64,000 nucleotides of DNA from the human T2T-CHM13v2.0 reference genome, Homo sapiens (GCF_009914755.1 NC_060932.1); one strand, 5' to 3'. Shown: positions 21,363-38,497, numbered from the stretch's first letter. Notes: generated by a model not told the origin, from the letters alone. Numbers and translations: made by a program.

Positions 21363-22379
21363 TTACATTTTGGCATGATTTTGCAGCGGCTGGTACCCGT
21401 TGTTCCTTTCCATGTTTAGCGCTTCCTTCAGGAGCTCTTTTAGGGCAGGCCTGGTGGTGACAAAATCTCTCAGCATTTGCTTGTCTGTAAAGTATTTTAT
21501 TTCTCCTTCACTTATGAAGCTTAGTTTGGCTAGATATGAAATTCTGGGTTGAAAATTCTTTTCTTGAATAATGTTGAATATTGGCCCTTACTCTCTTCTG
21601 GCTTGTAGAGTGTCTGCTGAGAGATCCGCTGTTAGTCTGATGGGCTTCCCTTTGAGGGTAATCCGACCTTTCTCTCTGGCTGCCCTTAACATTTTTTCCT
21701 TCATTTCAACTTTGGTGAATCTGACAATTATGTGTCTTGGAGTTGCTCTTCTCGAGGAGTATCTTTGTGGCGTTCTCTGTATTTCCTGAATGTGAATGTT
21801 GGCCTGCCTTGCTAGATTGGGGAAGTTCTCCTGGATAATATCCTGCAGAGTGTTTTCCAACTTGGTTCCATTCTCCCCGTCACTTTCAGGTACACCAATC
21901 AGACGTAGATTTGGTCTTTTCACATAGTCCCATATTTCTTGGAGGCTTTGCTCATTTCTTTTTATTCTTTTTTCTCTAAACTTCCCTTCTCACTTCATTT
22001 CATTCATTTCATCTTCCATCGCTGATACCCTTTCTTCCAGTTGATTGCATCAGCTCCTGAGGCTTCTGCATTCTTCACATAGTTCTCGAGCTTAGGTTTT
22101 CGGCTCCATCACCTCCTTTAAGCACTTCTCTGTATTGGTTATTCTAGTTATACATTCTTCTAAAAATTTTTCAAAGTTTTCAACTTCTTTGCCTTTGGTT
22201 TGAATGTCCTCCCGTAGCTCAGAGTAATTTGATCGTCTGAAGCCTTCTTCTCTCAGCTCGTCAAAGTCATTCTCCATCCAGCTTTGTTCCGTTGCTGGTG
22301 AGGAACTGCGTTCCTTTGGAGGAGGAGAGGTGCTCTGCTTTTTAGAGTTTCCAGTTTTTCTGTTCTGTTTTTTCCCCGT
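21363..22379 (-). pseudogene. ORF1: L1 ORF1, start codon mutated to ACG and interrupted by stops
   Basis: Fragments MENDFDELREEG.. (22092-22277) and KRPNLRLIGVPESDGENG.. (21588-21923). Confidence 0.93.
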
Positions 22380-23280
22380 CTTTGTGGTTTTATCTACTTT
22401 TGGTCTTTGATGATGGTGATGTACAGATGGGTTTTTGGTGTGGATGTCCTTTCTGTTTGTTAGTTTTCCTTCTAACAGAGAGGACCCTCAGCTGCAGGTC
22501 TGTTGGAGTACCCTACCATGTGAGGTGTCAGTGTGCCCTGCTGGGGGGTGGCTCTCAGTTAGGCTGCTCGGGGGTCAGGGGTCAGGGACCCACTTGAGGA
22601 GGCAGTCTGCCTGTTCTCACATCTCCAGCTGCATGCTGGGAGAACCACTGCTCTCTTCAAAGCTGTCAGACGGGGACATTTAAGTCTGCAGAGGTTACTG
22701 CTGTCTTTTTGTCTGTCTGTGCCCTGCCCCCAGAGATGGAGCCTACAGAGGCAGGCAGGCCTCCTTGAGCTGTGGTGGGCTCCACCCAGTTCGAGCTTCC
22801 TGGCTGCTTTGTTTACCTACGCAAGCCTGGGCAATGGTGGGTGCCCTTCCCCCAGCCTCACTGCCACCTTGCAGTTTGATCTCAGACTGCTGTGCTAGCA
22901 ATCAGCGAGACTCTGTGGGCGTAGGACCCTCTGAGCCAGGTGCGGGATATAATCTCGTGGTGCGCCGTTTTTTAAGTCCATGGGAAAAGCACAGTATTCG
23001 GGTGGGAGTGACCTGATTTTCCAGGTGCCATCCATCACCCCTTTCTTTGACTCAGAAAGGGAACTCCCTGACCCCTTGTGCTTCCCAAGTGAGGCCATGC
23101 CTCACCCTGCTTCGGCTCGTGCATGGTGTGTGCACCCACTGACCTGTGCCCACTGTCTGGCACTCCCTAGTGAGATGAACCCGGTATCTCAGATGGAAAT
23201 GCAGAAATTACCCGTTTTCTGCGTCGCTCATGCTGGGAGCTGTAGACCGGAGGTGTTCCTATTTGGCCATCTTGGCTCCT
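22380..23280 (-). promoter_or_regulatory. L1 5'UTR with internal sense promoter and antisense promoter
   Basis: Complete 5'UTR of a full-length L1PA; CpG-decayed; activity unknown. Confidence 0.7.
22834..23016 (+). pseudogene. ORF0: L1 antisense ORF0, truncated to 60 aa by a CGA>TGA change
   Basis: MVGALPPASLPPCSLISDCCASNQRDSVGVGPSEPGAGYNLVVRRFLS.. matches primate L1 ORF0. Confidence 0.85.
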
Positions 23281-23685
23281 TGGATCCACATTTTGTTTAT
23301 CCAATCTACTGTTGATGGGTACTTGGTTTGATTTTCCATGGCTTTGCTATTGTGAATAGCACAGTAATAAACATATGAGCACAAGTAGGTTTTGGTATAA
23401 TAACTTATTTTCTTTTGGGTATATTCCCAGTAATGGGATTCCTGGGTCTAATGGTCTCTCTGTTTTAAATTATTTGAGATGTCTCAAAACTGCCTTTCCC
23501 ACCAACAGTGCATAAACATTCCCTTTTCTCCACAGCCCCACCAGCATCTGTTGTTTTTTGAGTTTTTGGTAATAGCCATACTGACTGGTGTGTGATGGTA
23601 TTTATTGTGGTTTTGATTTGGATTTGTCTTATGATTACTGATGCTGAGCAGTTTTTTATATATTTTTGGCCACTTGTATGTGCTT
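23281..23685 (-). mobile_element. Continuation of the L1PA15/16-like fragment
   Basis: Degenerate ORF2 3' end contiguous with 16935-17270. Confidence 0.75.
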
Positions 23686-24415
23686 TATGATGTTATGATT
23701 CTTTTGTTTCCATGTTTAGAATTCTTTTGAGCATTTCTTGTAGGGTTGGTGTAGTGGTGACACATTCACTTAGCATTTGCCTGACTTTGAAATACTTTAT
23801 CTCTCCTTCATTTGGCAGGATATAAAATTTGGGGCTGGCATTTTTGCTTTAAGAAGGCTTAAATAGGTCTTTAATTTACTGGTCTGTAGACTGTCTGCTG
23901 AGAAATCTGCTGTTAGTCCAATGGGATTTACTTTATAGATGATTTGATGCTTTTCTCTACGTGCTCTTAAGATTTTTTTCATGTTGACTTTGGATAGGCA
24001 GATGACTGCATGCCTTGGTGATGTTCACCTTGTAAAGTATCTTCTAGTTATTCTCTGAGCATCTTGCATTTGCATGCCTACATCTTTATCAAGACCATGA
24101 AAACTTTCCTAAAGTGTCTCCTCAAATACGTTTTCCAAGCCTTTAACATTTTCTCCCTCAGGCATGCTTATAACTGGTGGGTTTGGTCACTTTACGTAAT
24201 CCCATATTTTCCAAAGGCTTTGTTCATTTTTGAAAATTCTTCTCTTATTTTTATGTGAGTAGGTGAATTTGAAAGACCACTCTTTATGTTCTAAAATTGT
24301 TTCTTGTGCTTGATCCTAGGACAGTGTGAAAACCTTTGACTGTATTTAACTTTTCATTTTCAGAATTTCTGCTTTTTCAAATTTGTCTTTCCTTTTACAT
24401 TTTAAACTGTTTTTG
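23686..24415 (-). mobile_element. Old L1 ORF1 remnant, probably continuing the 14128-16620 element
   Basis: 23797-23982 KILRARREKHQIIYKVNPIGLTADFSADSLQ is ORF1p C-terminal-like. Confidence 0.75.
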
Positions 24416-25194
24416 GTGTTTTGATTTTTTTTAAAATTTTAACTTTTATTTTAAATTCAGGGGTACATGTGCAGGATGTGCAGGTTTGTTATATAGATAA
24501 ACATATACCATGTTGGTTTGCTGCACAGATCATCCCACCACTCAGGTATTAAGCCCAGAATCCATTAGCTATTTTTCCTAATCCTCTCCCTTTTTCCACC
24601 CCCTGCCCTCCTACAGGTTCCAGTGTGTCCCCCTGCCCAATGTGTTTCCATGTGTTCTCATAATCTATCTCCCACTTAGAAGTGAGAACATGCAGTATTT
24701 GGTTTTCTGTTCCCACATTAGATTGCTAAGGACACTCACCTCCAGTTCCATCCATGTCTCTGCAAAGGACATGATCTCTTTCCTTTTATGGCTGCATAGT
24801 ATGCCATGGTGCATACTTAACATATTTTCTTCATTTAATCTGTCATTGATGGGCGTATATGTTTCTTCCACACCTTTGCTATTGTGAATAGTGCTTCAAT
24901 GAACGTGTGCGTGCATGTGTTTTTATAATAGAACAATTTATATTCCTTTGGGTATATACCCAGTAATGGGATTGCTGGTTTGAATGGTATTTTTGCCTCT
25001 AGACCTTTGAGGAATCCCCACACTGTCTTTTAAAATGGTTGAACTAATTCATACTCCCACTATCAGTGGAAAATCATGCCTTTTTCTTCACAACCTCACC
25101 AGCATCTGTTGTTTTTTTGACTTTTAAATCATAGCCATTCTGACTGGTGTGAGATTGTATCTCACTGTGGTTTTGATTTGCATTTCTCTAATAA

Positions 25195-25543
<349 letters not shown>

Positions 25544-26342
25544 GTATGTTTTCTTTTGAGAAGTGTCTTTGCCCACTTTTGAATGGGGTTGTATGGTTTT
25601 TTTCTGATAAATTTGTTTAAGTTTCTTATAGATCCTGGATATTAGACCTTTGTCAGATGGGTAGATTGCAAAATTTTTTTTCCCATTCTGTAGGTTTCCT
25701 GTTTACTCTGTTGATAGTTTCTTTTGTTGTGCAGAAGCTCTTTAGTTTAATTAGATCCTATTTTTCAATTTTGCTTTTGTTGCAATTGCTTTTTTGTCTT
25801 CATCCTGAAGTCTTTGCTCATGCCTATTTCCTGAATGATATTGCCTAGGTTTTCTTCTGGAGTTTTTACAGTGTTTGGTTTTTCATTTAAGTCTTTAATA
25901 TTGAGTTGAATTTGTATATGGTGGAAGGAAATATTACAGTTTCAATTATCTGCATATGGCTAGCCAGTTCTCCTAGCACTATTTGTTAAATAGGGAATTC
26001 TTTCCCCATTGCGCATTCTTGTTAAGTTTGTCAAAGATCAGATGGTGGTAGGTGTGTGGTCTTATTTCTGGGTTCTTTATTCTGTTCTTTTGGTCTATGT
26101 GTCTGTTCTTGTACTAGTACCATGCTATTTTGGTTACTGTAGCTCTGTAGTACAGTTTGCATTCAGGTAGTTTGATGCCTCGAGCTCTTTTTTTTTTTTT
26201 TCTTTTTACTTGGGATTGCCTTGGTTATTCAGGCTCTTTTTTGGTTTCATATTAATTTTAAAATAGTTTTTTCTAATTCTGTGAAGAATGTCAGTAGTAG
26301 TTTAATGGGAATAGCATTGAATCTGTAAATTGCTTTGGGCAG

Positions 26343-28982
<2,640 letters not shown>

Positions 28983-29489
28983 GGTAGTATGGCCATTTTG
29001 ATGATATTGATTCTTTATCCATGAGCATGAAATGTTTTTCCACTCGTTTGTGTCCTCTCTGGTTTTCTTGAGTAGTGTTTTGTAGTTCCTGAAGAGGTTC
29101 TTCACTTTTCTTGTTAGCTGTATTCTTAGGTATTTTCTTGTGTGGCAGTTGTGAAGGAGAATTCATTTACTATTTGGCTCTTGGCTTGCCTCTTGGTGTA
29201 TAGGAATGCTGGTGATTTTTGTACATTGATTTTGAGTTCTGAGACTCTGCTGAAGTGGCTTTTCAGTTTCTTCTGTGAAGTTATTGGGCTGATATGATGG
29301 GGTTCTGTTGAAATAGGAATAGAATCATGTCATCTGCAAACAAAGATAGTTTGACTTCTTCTCTTTTTATTTGAATATGCTTAATTTCTTTCTTTTGCTT
29401 GATTGCCCTGGCCAGAACTTCCAATACTGTGTTGAATAGGAGTGGTGAGAGAGGGAAACTTTCTCTTATGCCAATTTTCAAGGGAAATG

Positions 29490-29884
<395 letters not shown>

Positions 29885-30171
29885 CTCAAGGCGTCAAGAT
29901 AGAATAAGCTTCTATCTTTTGCTTATTCAACATGATATTTGCTGTGTGTTTGTCATATATGGCTTTTATTATTTTGAGGTTTGTTCTTTCAATACCTGTT
30001 TATTGAGAGTTTTTAAAATGAAAGGATGTTGAATTTTGTCAATGGCATTTTATGCCCCTATTGAGATAATCATGTGGTTTTGTCTCTAGTTCTGTTTATG
30101 TGATGAATCACATTTGATTTGCATGTGTTGAGCCAGCCTTGCATCCTGGGAATAACTTCTGCCTGATTATG

Positions 30172-31213
30172 TGTTGCGGGAAGTCAGGGACCCCAAACAG
30201 AGAGACTGGCTGAAGCCATGGCAGAAGAACATAAATTGTGAATATTTCATGGACATTGATTAGTTCCTCAAATTAATACTTTTATAATTTCTTACACCTG
30301 TCTTTACTGCAATCTCTGAACATAAATTGTGAAGATTTCATGGACATTTATCCCTTCCCCAATCCATACTCTTGTGATTTCCTATGCCTGTCTTTACTTT
30401 AATCTCTTAATCCTGACATCTTTGTAAGCTGAGTATGAATGATGCCTCAGGATCCTGTGATGATTGCGTTAACTGCACAAATTGTTTGTAGAGCACGTGT
30501 ATTTGAATGATATGAAATCTGTGCACCTTAAGAACAGGATAACCACGATTTTCAGGGAACAAGGGAGATGACCTTAAAGTCTGGCTGCCTGTGGGCAGGA
30601 AGGACAGAGCCATATTTCTCTTACTACCAAAAATGGGTAAGATAAATGTCACTGAACTCTTTCCCCAGTAAGGAATATTAATAATTAACAGCCCTGGGAA
30701 AAGAATGCATTCACAGAGGAGGCCTCTGAAGTGGCCGCTCTGGGGGTGTCTGCTTTATGCAGATGTAGATAGGGATGAAACATGCCCTCGTCTCCTGCAG
30801 TGCCCCCAGGCTTGCTAGGATTAGGAAATTCCAGCCTGGTGAATTCTAGTCAGACCAGTTCTCTGCTCTTGAAGCCTGACAATGCGTGCACAGTGGGACA
30901 TAGAAGTTCATTAGTGATTCTAGTTTCACCCTGACCTTCTGCCTTGTGATCTTTTGTTGCCCTTGAAGCATGTGATCTCTGTGACCCACACCCTATTTGT
31001 GCACTCCCTCCCCTTTGAAAATTCCTAATAAAAACTTGCTGGTTTTACAGCTCAGGGGCATCATGGAACCTACCGACATGTGATGTCTCCCTGGGCCCCC
31101 AGCTTTAAAATTTCTCCTTTTGTACTCTGTCCCTTTATTTCTCAGACTGGCTGACAATTAGGGAAAATAGAATAGAACCTACATGAAATATTGGGGGTGA
31201 ATTTTGCCCAATA
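30172..31213 (+). mobile_element. MER11 solo LTR (HERV-K11/HML-8)
   Basis: Starts tgttgcgggaagtcagggacccc, internal repeat gaacataaattgtgaa..tttcatggacatt, AATAAA at about 31027; 6-bp TSD attatg (30166-30171 and 31214-31219). Confidence 0.93.
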
Positions 31214-34200
31214 ATTATGGTGGATAGGCTTTTTGCTGTGGTGGATAAGCTTTTTGCTGTGCTGATGGATTCAGTTTGCCAGTATTTTGTTGGGGATTTT
31301 TGCATTGATGTTCATCAAGAATATTGGACTGAAGTTTTCTTTTCTTGCTATATCTCTGCCAGGGTTTGGTATGTTGGCCTCATAGAATGAGTTATGGAGG
31401 AGTCCCTCCTTTTTAATGTTTTGGAATAGTTTCAGTAGGAATGGTACCAGCTCTTCTTTGTACCTCTGGTAGTATTAAGCTGTGAATTCGTCTGTTCCTG
31501 GGCTTTGTTTTTGGTTTGTAGAGTATTTTTTACTGTCTCAAGTTCATAACTCATTATTGGTCTATTCAGGATTCAGTTTCTCCGTGCTTCAGTCTTCAGA
31601 GCATGTATGTGTCCAGCATTTTATCCATTTCTTCTCAATTTTCTAGTTTATGTGCATAGAGGTTTTTGTAGTATTCTCTGATATTTGTATTTCTTTGGGG
31701 TCAGTGGTGATACACTTCTTATTATTTCTGGTTTTGTCTACTTGAATTTTTCTCTCTTTTCTTCATTAGTCTAGCTAGTAGTCTCTATTTTAATAATTTT
31801 TTTCAAAAAGCCAACTTCTGGATATGCTGATTTTTGTTAAGGGTTTTTCGTGTCTCTATCTCTTTCTGTTCTGCCCTGATCTTGACTACTTCTTGCCTTC
31901 TGCTAGCTGAGGGGTTTGTTTGCTCTTGGTTCTCTAGTTATTTTAGTTGTTATTTATGTTATTAACTTGAGATCTTTCTAGCTGTTTGATATGGGCATTT
32001 TAGTGCTACAACTTTCCCTCTTAACACTGCTTTAGCTGCATCAAGGAGATTCCCAGATGTGTTGTATATTCTCATTAGTTTGAAAGAACTTCTTGATTTC
32101 TGCCTTAAGTTTATTATTTACTCATTCAGAAGCAGGTGGTTCAACTTCCATGTAGTTATATGGTTTTGCATGTATTTCTTAATCTTGAGTTCTAATTTGA
32201 TTGTGCTGTTCTCTGAGAGACTGTTTATTATTATTTCAGTTCTTTTGCATTTGCTGAGGAGTGTTTTACTTTCAATTATATGGTCAATTTTATACTAAGT
32301 GCCAAGTGGTGATGAGAAGGATGTATATTCTGTTGTTTGGGTGTGGTGAGTTCTGTACCTATCAGGTTCACTTGATTCAGAGCTGAGTTCAGGCCCTGAA
32401 TATGTTTCTTAATTTTCTGTCTTGATGATCTGTCTAATATTGTCAGTGGGGTGTTAAAGTCTCTCACTATTATTGCCTGGGAGTCTAAGTCTGTTTGTAG
32501 GTCTCTAAGAACTTGTTTTATGAATCTGGGTGCTCTTGTACTGGGTTCATAGATATTCCAGATAGTTAGCTCTTCTTGTTGAATTGAGCCCTTTACCATT
32601 ATGTGATGCCCTTCTCTGCCTTTTGGATCTTTGTTTGTTTAAAGTCTGTTTTTTCAGAAACTAGGATTGCAACACCTGCTTTTTGTTTGGTAAATTTTCC
32701 TCCATCCCTTTATTTTGAGCTTATGTGTGTCTTTGCACATGGGATGGGTCTCTGGAAGGCAGCATACCATTTGTTCTTGGTTTTTTATACAGCTTGCTAT
32801 TCTGTGTCTTTTAATTGGGGCATTTAGCCCATTTACATTTAAGGTTAGAATTATTATTTGTGGATTTGATCCTGTCATCATGATCCTGCCTGGTTATTTT
32901 GTAGACCTGTTTATGTGGTCTACAGTGTCACTTCATAGTGACACTGGTCTGTGTACTTCAGTGTGTTTTTATAGTGGCTGGTAATGGTTTTTCCTTTCCA
33001 TATTCAGTGCTTTCTTCAGGAGCTCTTGTAAGTCAGGTCTGCTGGTAACGAATTACCTCAGCATTAGTTTGTTTGAAAAGGATCTTATATCTTCTTTGCT
33101 TATAAAGCTTAGTTTGGCCAGATATGAAATTCTGGGTTGGAAATTCTTTTAAGAGTGCTGAATAGTGGCCTTCAATCTATTCTGGCCTTTAAGGTTTCTG
33201 CTGAGAGGTCCACTATTTGTCTGCTGGGCTTCCCTCTGTAGGCGATGTGGCCTTTCTCTCTGGCTGCCCTGAGCATTTTTTCCTTCATGTGGACCTTGGA
33301 GAATCTGCTGATTATGTGTCTTGAGGATGATTTTTTTTTGTGGATTATCTTACTGGGGTTCTCTGCATTTTTGAAATTTGAATGTTGGCCTGTCTAGGTA
33401 GATCAGGGAAGTTCTCCTCGATGGTATCCCGAAATGTTTTCCAAATTGGTTTTACTCTCCTCATCTCTTTCATGTACCTCAGTCAGTTGTAGATTCAGTC
33501 TCTACATAACCCCATATTTCTGTGAAGTTTTGTTCATTCCTTTGTTCTTTGTTTTTATTCTTGCCTGCCTGTCTTATTTCAGAAGGTCAGTCTTCAAGCT
33601 CTGAGATTCTTCCCTTTGTATGGTGTATTCTGCTACTAGTACTTGTGATTGCATTATGGAGTTTGTTAGTGTGTTTTTCCGCTCTATCAGGTCAGTTATG
33701 TTTCTCTCTATGCTGGCTATCAGCTCTTGCATTATTTTATCAAGATTCCTAGCTTCCTTACAAGGGGTTGCAAGTGGCTTTTTTAGCTCAGTGCAGTTCA
33801 TTTTTACCCACATTGGAAGCCTACTTGTGTCATTTCAGCTATTTCTAGCCTCAGTCCAGTTCTGAATCCTTGCTGGAGAGGTGGTGTTGTGGCCATTTGG
33901 AGAAAAGGGGGCACTCTGGGTTTTTGAATTTTTATTATTTTTGCACTGATTCTTTCTCATCTTTGTGGACTTATCTACCTTTGATCTTTGAGGTTCCTGA
34001 TCTTAGGTTTTTTTTTTTTTTTTTTGGATGTTTATTTGCTTGGGTGCTTTTCTTTCAGCAGTCTGGCCACTGTTTCATAGGGGTGCTGCAGTTTGTTGGG
34101 GTTCCATTCTAGACCCTTGTTGCCTCAGTTTTTCCAGTACCTGGAAGTATCACCAGAGAAGGCTGTGAAACAGCAAAGATGGCATCCTGCTCCTTCCTCT

Positions 34201-34239
34201 GGTAGCTTCATTCCAGGGGGCCTGAATGCACCTATAGGA

Positions 34240-35200
34240 GTTGGCTGGAGACCTGGGTTGGAATACCTCACCCAGTCAGAGGGAAAGGGATCGGAGACAA
34301 ACTTGAAGACGCAGTCTGGCTGAATTTTGTAGAGCAGCTGTGCTGTATTGGGGATCCCTTCAGCCTCCCAGTTGGTTTGGATCCTTTAAGGTTCACAGGT
34401 TGGACCAGCTCAGATGCCCAAATAGGAAAGGTGGTGGCCTGCTTCACCCATCAGGCACTCCATCCCAGGGATAAATTAGAACTTTGTTTGCAATAGAACA
34501 TGAGCAGTGGTGACCAGAGGCTTTGGCTGGGAGAGCCAGCAAGGAGGAATGGATCTGAGTCCTGTTGAAAGAAGCAGTCTGGCCACTTCTCAACAAAACA
34601 GCTATATCATGCTGTGGAATTGCTTTTTGCCTTGTCTGCTTATACTCTCCAAAGCCCACAGGCTTGAAGGGCTGAGTCATCCAAACAGCAAAGATGATGA
34701 CCCACCCCTCCCCACAAGCACTTTTTGGCAGAAAGATATCAGAACGCTGTCCATAGTATACAGGTGAGGGTGGCCAGAGGCCTTGGCTAGGAGGACTGAC
34801 CTTGTGAGAAGGAGTAGATCAGGGACCCATTTAAAGAAGCAGTCTGGCCATGCCTCAACAAAACAGTCATGACAGGCTGTGGAACCACCTTTGCCCTGTT
34901 GGTGTTGGACTCTCCCTAGGCCTAAGGCTGGAATGGCTGAGTTGTCCAAACAACCAAGGTGGCAGCCCATCCCAAGGAGAGATCAGAACTCTGTCTATAG
35001 AATATGAGTGGGAGGGGGTGGCTGGAGACCCAAGTTGGGAGGTCTCACCCAGTGAGGAAGAATGGATTGAGGTTTCACTTAAGCAGTCTGGCCACGTTCT
35101 GGCAAAGCAGCTGTGCTGCACTGTGAGGACCTTTTCTCATTTGTACCATCTGGACTCTCCAAATCCTGCTGGCTGGAACAGCTGGGTTGACCAAACAGCA
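34240..35200 (-). repeat. Four diverged ~260-bp tandem units in the old L1 5'UTR
   Basis: gcagtctggc anchor recurs at about 34311, 34574, 34839 and 35083 with similar flanks. Confidence 0.75.
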
Positions 35201-35655
35201 AAGATGATAGTGTGCCCCTTGTCTTGGGGGTTCCATCCCATCTCAGGCAGGCTCCACCCTGTTTTTAGTGGCTGGCTGGAATTCCAAGCCAATGGGTCTT
35301 ATCTTGTGACATGCCATGGAAGTGGGGCCCGCAGACTGCTGCTGCTCAGCTCCTTCAATTCTGCCCCCTTCCTATGGGTATGTACGGACCTTTGACCTTG
35401 CCTGAGTTGCAGTCACCTTTGTCAGGGATCCTGGGCTCAGAGTCTATAAAGCTCCTGGGTTTCTGTGCATGCCTGAGCAGTTGCTCTGCCAAGACTCCAC
35501 ACAGCTGTGTGTTGGACCCAAGGCCCCTGTAGTGTGGGCTCACAAGGTAATCTGCTGATTGGAGGGTTGCAAAGATCTGGGGGAGAAGTGTGGTTTCCCT
35601 GGGGTTGCACATTGACTCACTGCTTTTCTTGGCTGGGGGTGAGGGGCTCCCTTTC

Positions 35656-37350
35656 CAAATTGTTAATCTGATTTCTTTGTGGTGGTTTTCAACTCTCTTG
35701 TATCTCATTGGGCTTTCTTACAAGCCATAGTTTGCCATTTGTGGAATTGGTGGAATTTGTCCTTTCAGAATTTTTATTTTGTTTAGGACCCATGTCTAGA
35801 CCGCTAGTGTGATCCTTATGGGTGCTGCAACACTCTGTTTTTTGTGATGCCACAGTTCTTATTCTGATTTTTTTTGAATTTACTTCTGTTCAGATGGGGA
35901 TTTTACCCCCCGAGGGTTTATTTCATATGTTGAGTAGCATTTTTTTTGGCTTTGCTTCTTTATGCTATTAGGGGGCAAAGCTTTGTTTGAATTCCTTGGT
36001 AGTAGATAGCCTTTGTGTAGTGGTGTTCTCAAATGCCGGTTGTTTGTAGCATGTAGTAGTGGTGTACTATGCATGTGAGTAGGCTTGCTGTCTTCTGCAG
36101 AGATGGGTAGGAGGCTCATCATTTTTTACAGCAGTGTGAACTTCTGTCAGCAGGAATTATTTTAAATTCTGCCGTCCATCCTATAGACCAGTAGGTGGCA
36201 CTTGTAAGAGCTAGCTGAATGCTGCACAGATGTGTCAGCATAAGCTGTAATCATTTTTGCAGACTGGCATCAAAGTCAGTAGGTTGTACTTGCAAGAAAG
36301 AGGCAGCTTCAGTGGTGGCAGTGAGATTTTTACTTGGCCATTTAAAACCAGGAGAAGTGCCAGGGTATCTCAGTGATGGGCAGGGCTGTGGAGCTCCTGG
36401 GGATCCCTGTCCGGTTCTTTGCTACCAAGGTGACTAGAGTGGGCAATGCTGGTCATGGCTGGGTTGGTATGTCAGTGAGCAGGCTCTTGAAGGCAGGCAT
36501 AAGTACCAACGTTTGCAGCAGTCTAGGCACAGCTCCCAGGCTGCTGGAGCAACTCTTAAGGGAGGAATAGAGGTGTCTGTCCACCACAGAGCCTACTGAG
36601 GTGAAGAAGGGCATGGCCCAGAGTGTTCAGCATAGTAGGTGGCTGTGGGATCCACCTAATTCCCACACCCCTGACCTGAAAGTTCTCCCTCCAGGCGCTA
36701 GCTGCTGCCAGAATGCCAGAATGCTTAGACTGGTCCCAAAGAGTCTACATTCAGATTGTTGAACAGTTCCAGAAACTGTAGCTATGAGGCCACACCCTCT
36801 CAGGACTAGTCTTGTGATGAAAGGCGGGCCCAGCTCCTATGCCACAGCATACATTCACACAACAGTCTTCTCTGTGTTCTGTCAGTGGGAATTCCTCCCC
36901 TGTTGGAGGTCACATAACAAATCTCATCTTCATGCACCTGAGTGATTGTGTTGAGTCCTGGGGAACTGGGATAAGGTCAGTAGGTTTTTCCCCTGGCCAC
37001 TCAGGCTGTAGCACCTGCTGTGATCAGAAGGGGTAAACAGCTTCCAGGCCACCAAAAGAACACTCAGGTGTGGCAACAGCAACTGTGCCACATATCTCAA
37101 CTTCCTGTGAGAATGGGAAGGCAGGCAGTCTTGGGATGAACTGGCAGGCATGGGATGTGTGGCTTGAATGTACTTCATTCCCAACACAATGGTGGTGGAA
37201 CCTGTTTAGGGAGCAAGAGAGTGCCTTGGGCCCCACTCATTCCCTGGCCTGACAGGCAACAGCAGCATCACCTCAAAATAGGATGCAAAGCCTTCAGGGA
37301 TGGGCACCAAAATTGTGCTTTGCTACAGCAGCCCAGCACATGGAAGTCCT
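35656..37350 (-). mobile_element. Old L1 5' region (ORF1 start/5'UTR-like)
   Basis: Sequence style of L1M 5' regions; follows on from the ORF1 remnant at 23686-24415; boundaries approximate. Confidence 0.5.
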
Positions 37351-37559
37351 TCATGTTTTGTTTAAATGCATACATTTGTTTGAGGGATGGAGAAGGTGTA
37401 CTTATATACCTCAGCATGTTTCATTTTTCTTTTTATCATGCAAGGAGTTGATTTGGTTCAGGCAAATATTCATTGAAGTTTAAAATGTACATACCTCACC
37501 ATGCAGTAAACACCTGTTTAATGTCTGACCTGCTCAGATTTCATTTACTTGTACTGATA

Positions 37560-38497
37560 ATGCTTTTTTGTTTTATTTATTCATAACATTTTACATATTT
37601 ATCAGGTACTTGTGATTGTTACATGCATAGAATGTATTATCAAGCCAGGAGTATTTGAGGTATCCATCAACTTGAGTGTTTGTCATTTTTGTGTTGGTAC
37701 CATTTCAAGTCTTCTAGCTACTTTGAAATATACTCTGCTATCTGAAGTCACCCAACTCTGCTATCAAACATTAGAATTTATTTCTTCTAACTGTATGTTT
37801 GTATCCATTAACCAGCCTCTCTTCATCCTCCCTTCTACCCTCACATCTTCCCAGCCTCAGGTAGTTATCATTCTCTGTCTTCATGAGATCAACTTTTTTA
37901 GCTCCTCCAAATGAGTGAGAACATACAAGATTTGTCTTTCTCTGCCTGGCATGTTTCACTTAGCATGGTAACCTCCAGGTACATCCATGTCATTGTAAAT
38001 GACATCTTATTTCTTCAATTACTGAATAATAATCCATAATGCATATATACCACATTTTCTTTATCTGTTTTATTGATACTTCTGTTGATTTCATAGCTTT
38101 GCTGTTGTGAAGAGTGCTATAAACAATTGAGTGCTGGTATCTCTTGGATATACTGTTTTCTTCTCTTATGGATAAATACCCCATAGTGGGATTGCTAGAT
38201 TGTATGATAGTTCTACTTATAGCTTTTAAATAAATGTTTACGCTGTTTTTCATAGTAGTTGTACTAATTTACATTCCCACAAACTGTGTAATAAGCATTC
38301 CCTTTATCCGCATCCTTGCCAGTATCTGTTTTTGTTTGTTGTTGTTTTTGCTTGTTTTGTCTTTCTAATCATTTTAGCTGGGGTAAGATGATGTCTCATT
38401 GTGGTTTCAATTTGCATTTCCCTGATGATTAGTGATGTTGAGCGTTTTCTATGTAACTATTGGTCATTAGTATGTTTTCTTTTGATAATTATTTATT
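37560..38497 (-). mobile_element. L1MA-like 3' end, split by the young L1; continues at 44033-44540
   Basis: L1MA-type 3'UTR; reads through as ttttgataattatttatt / aatgtccttagcccact. Confidence 0.8.
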
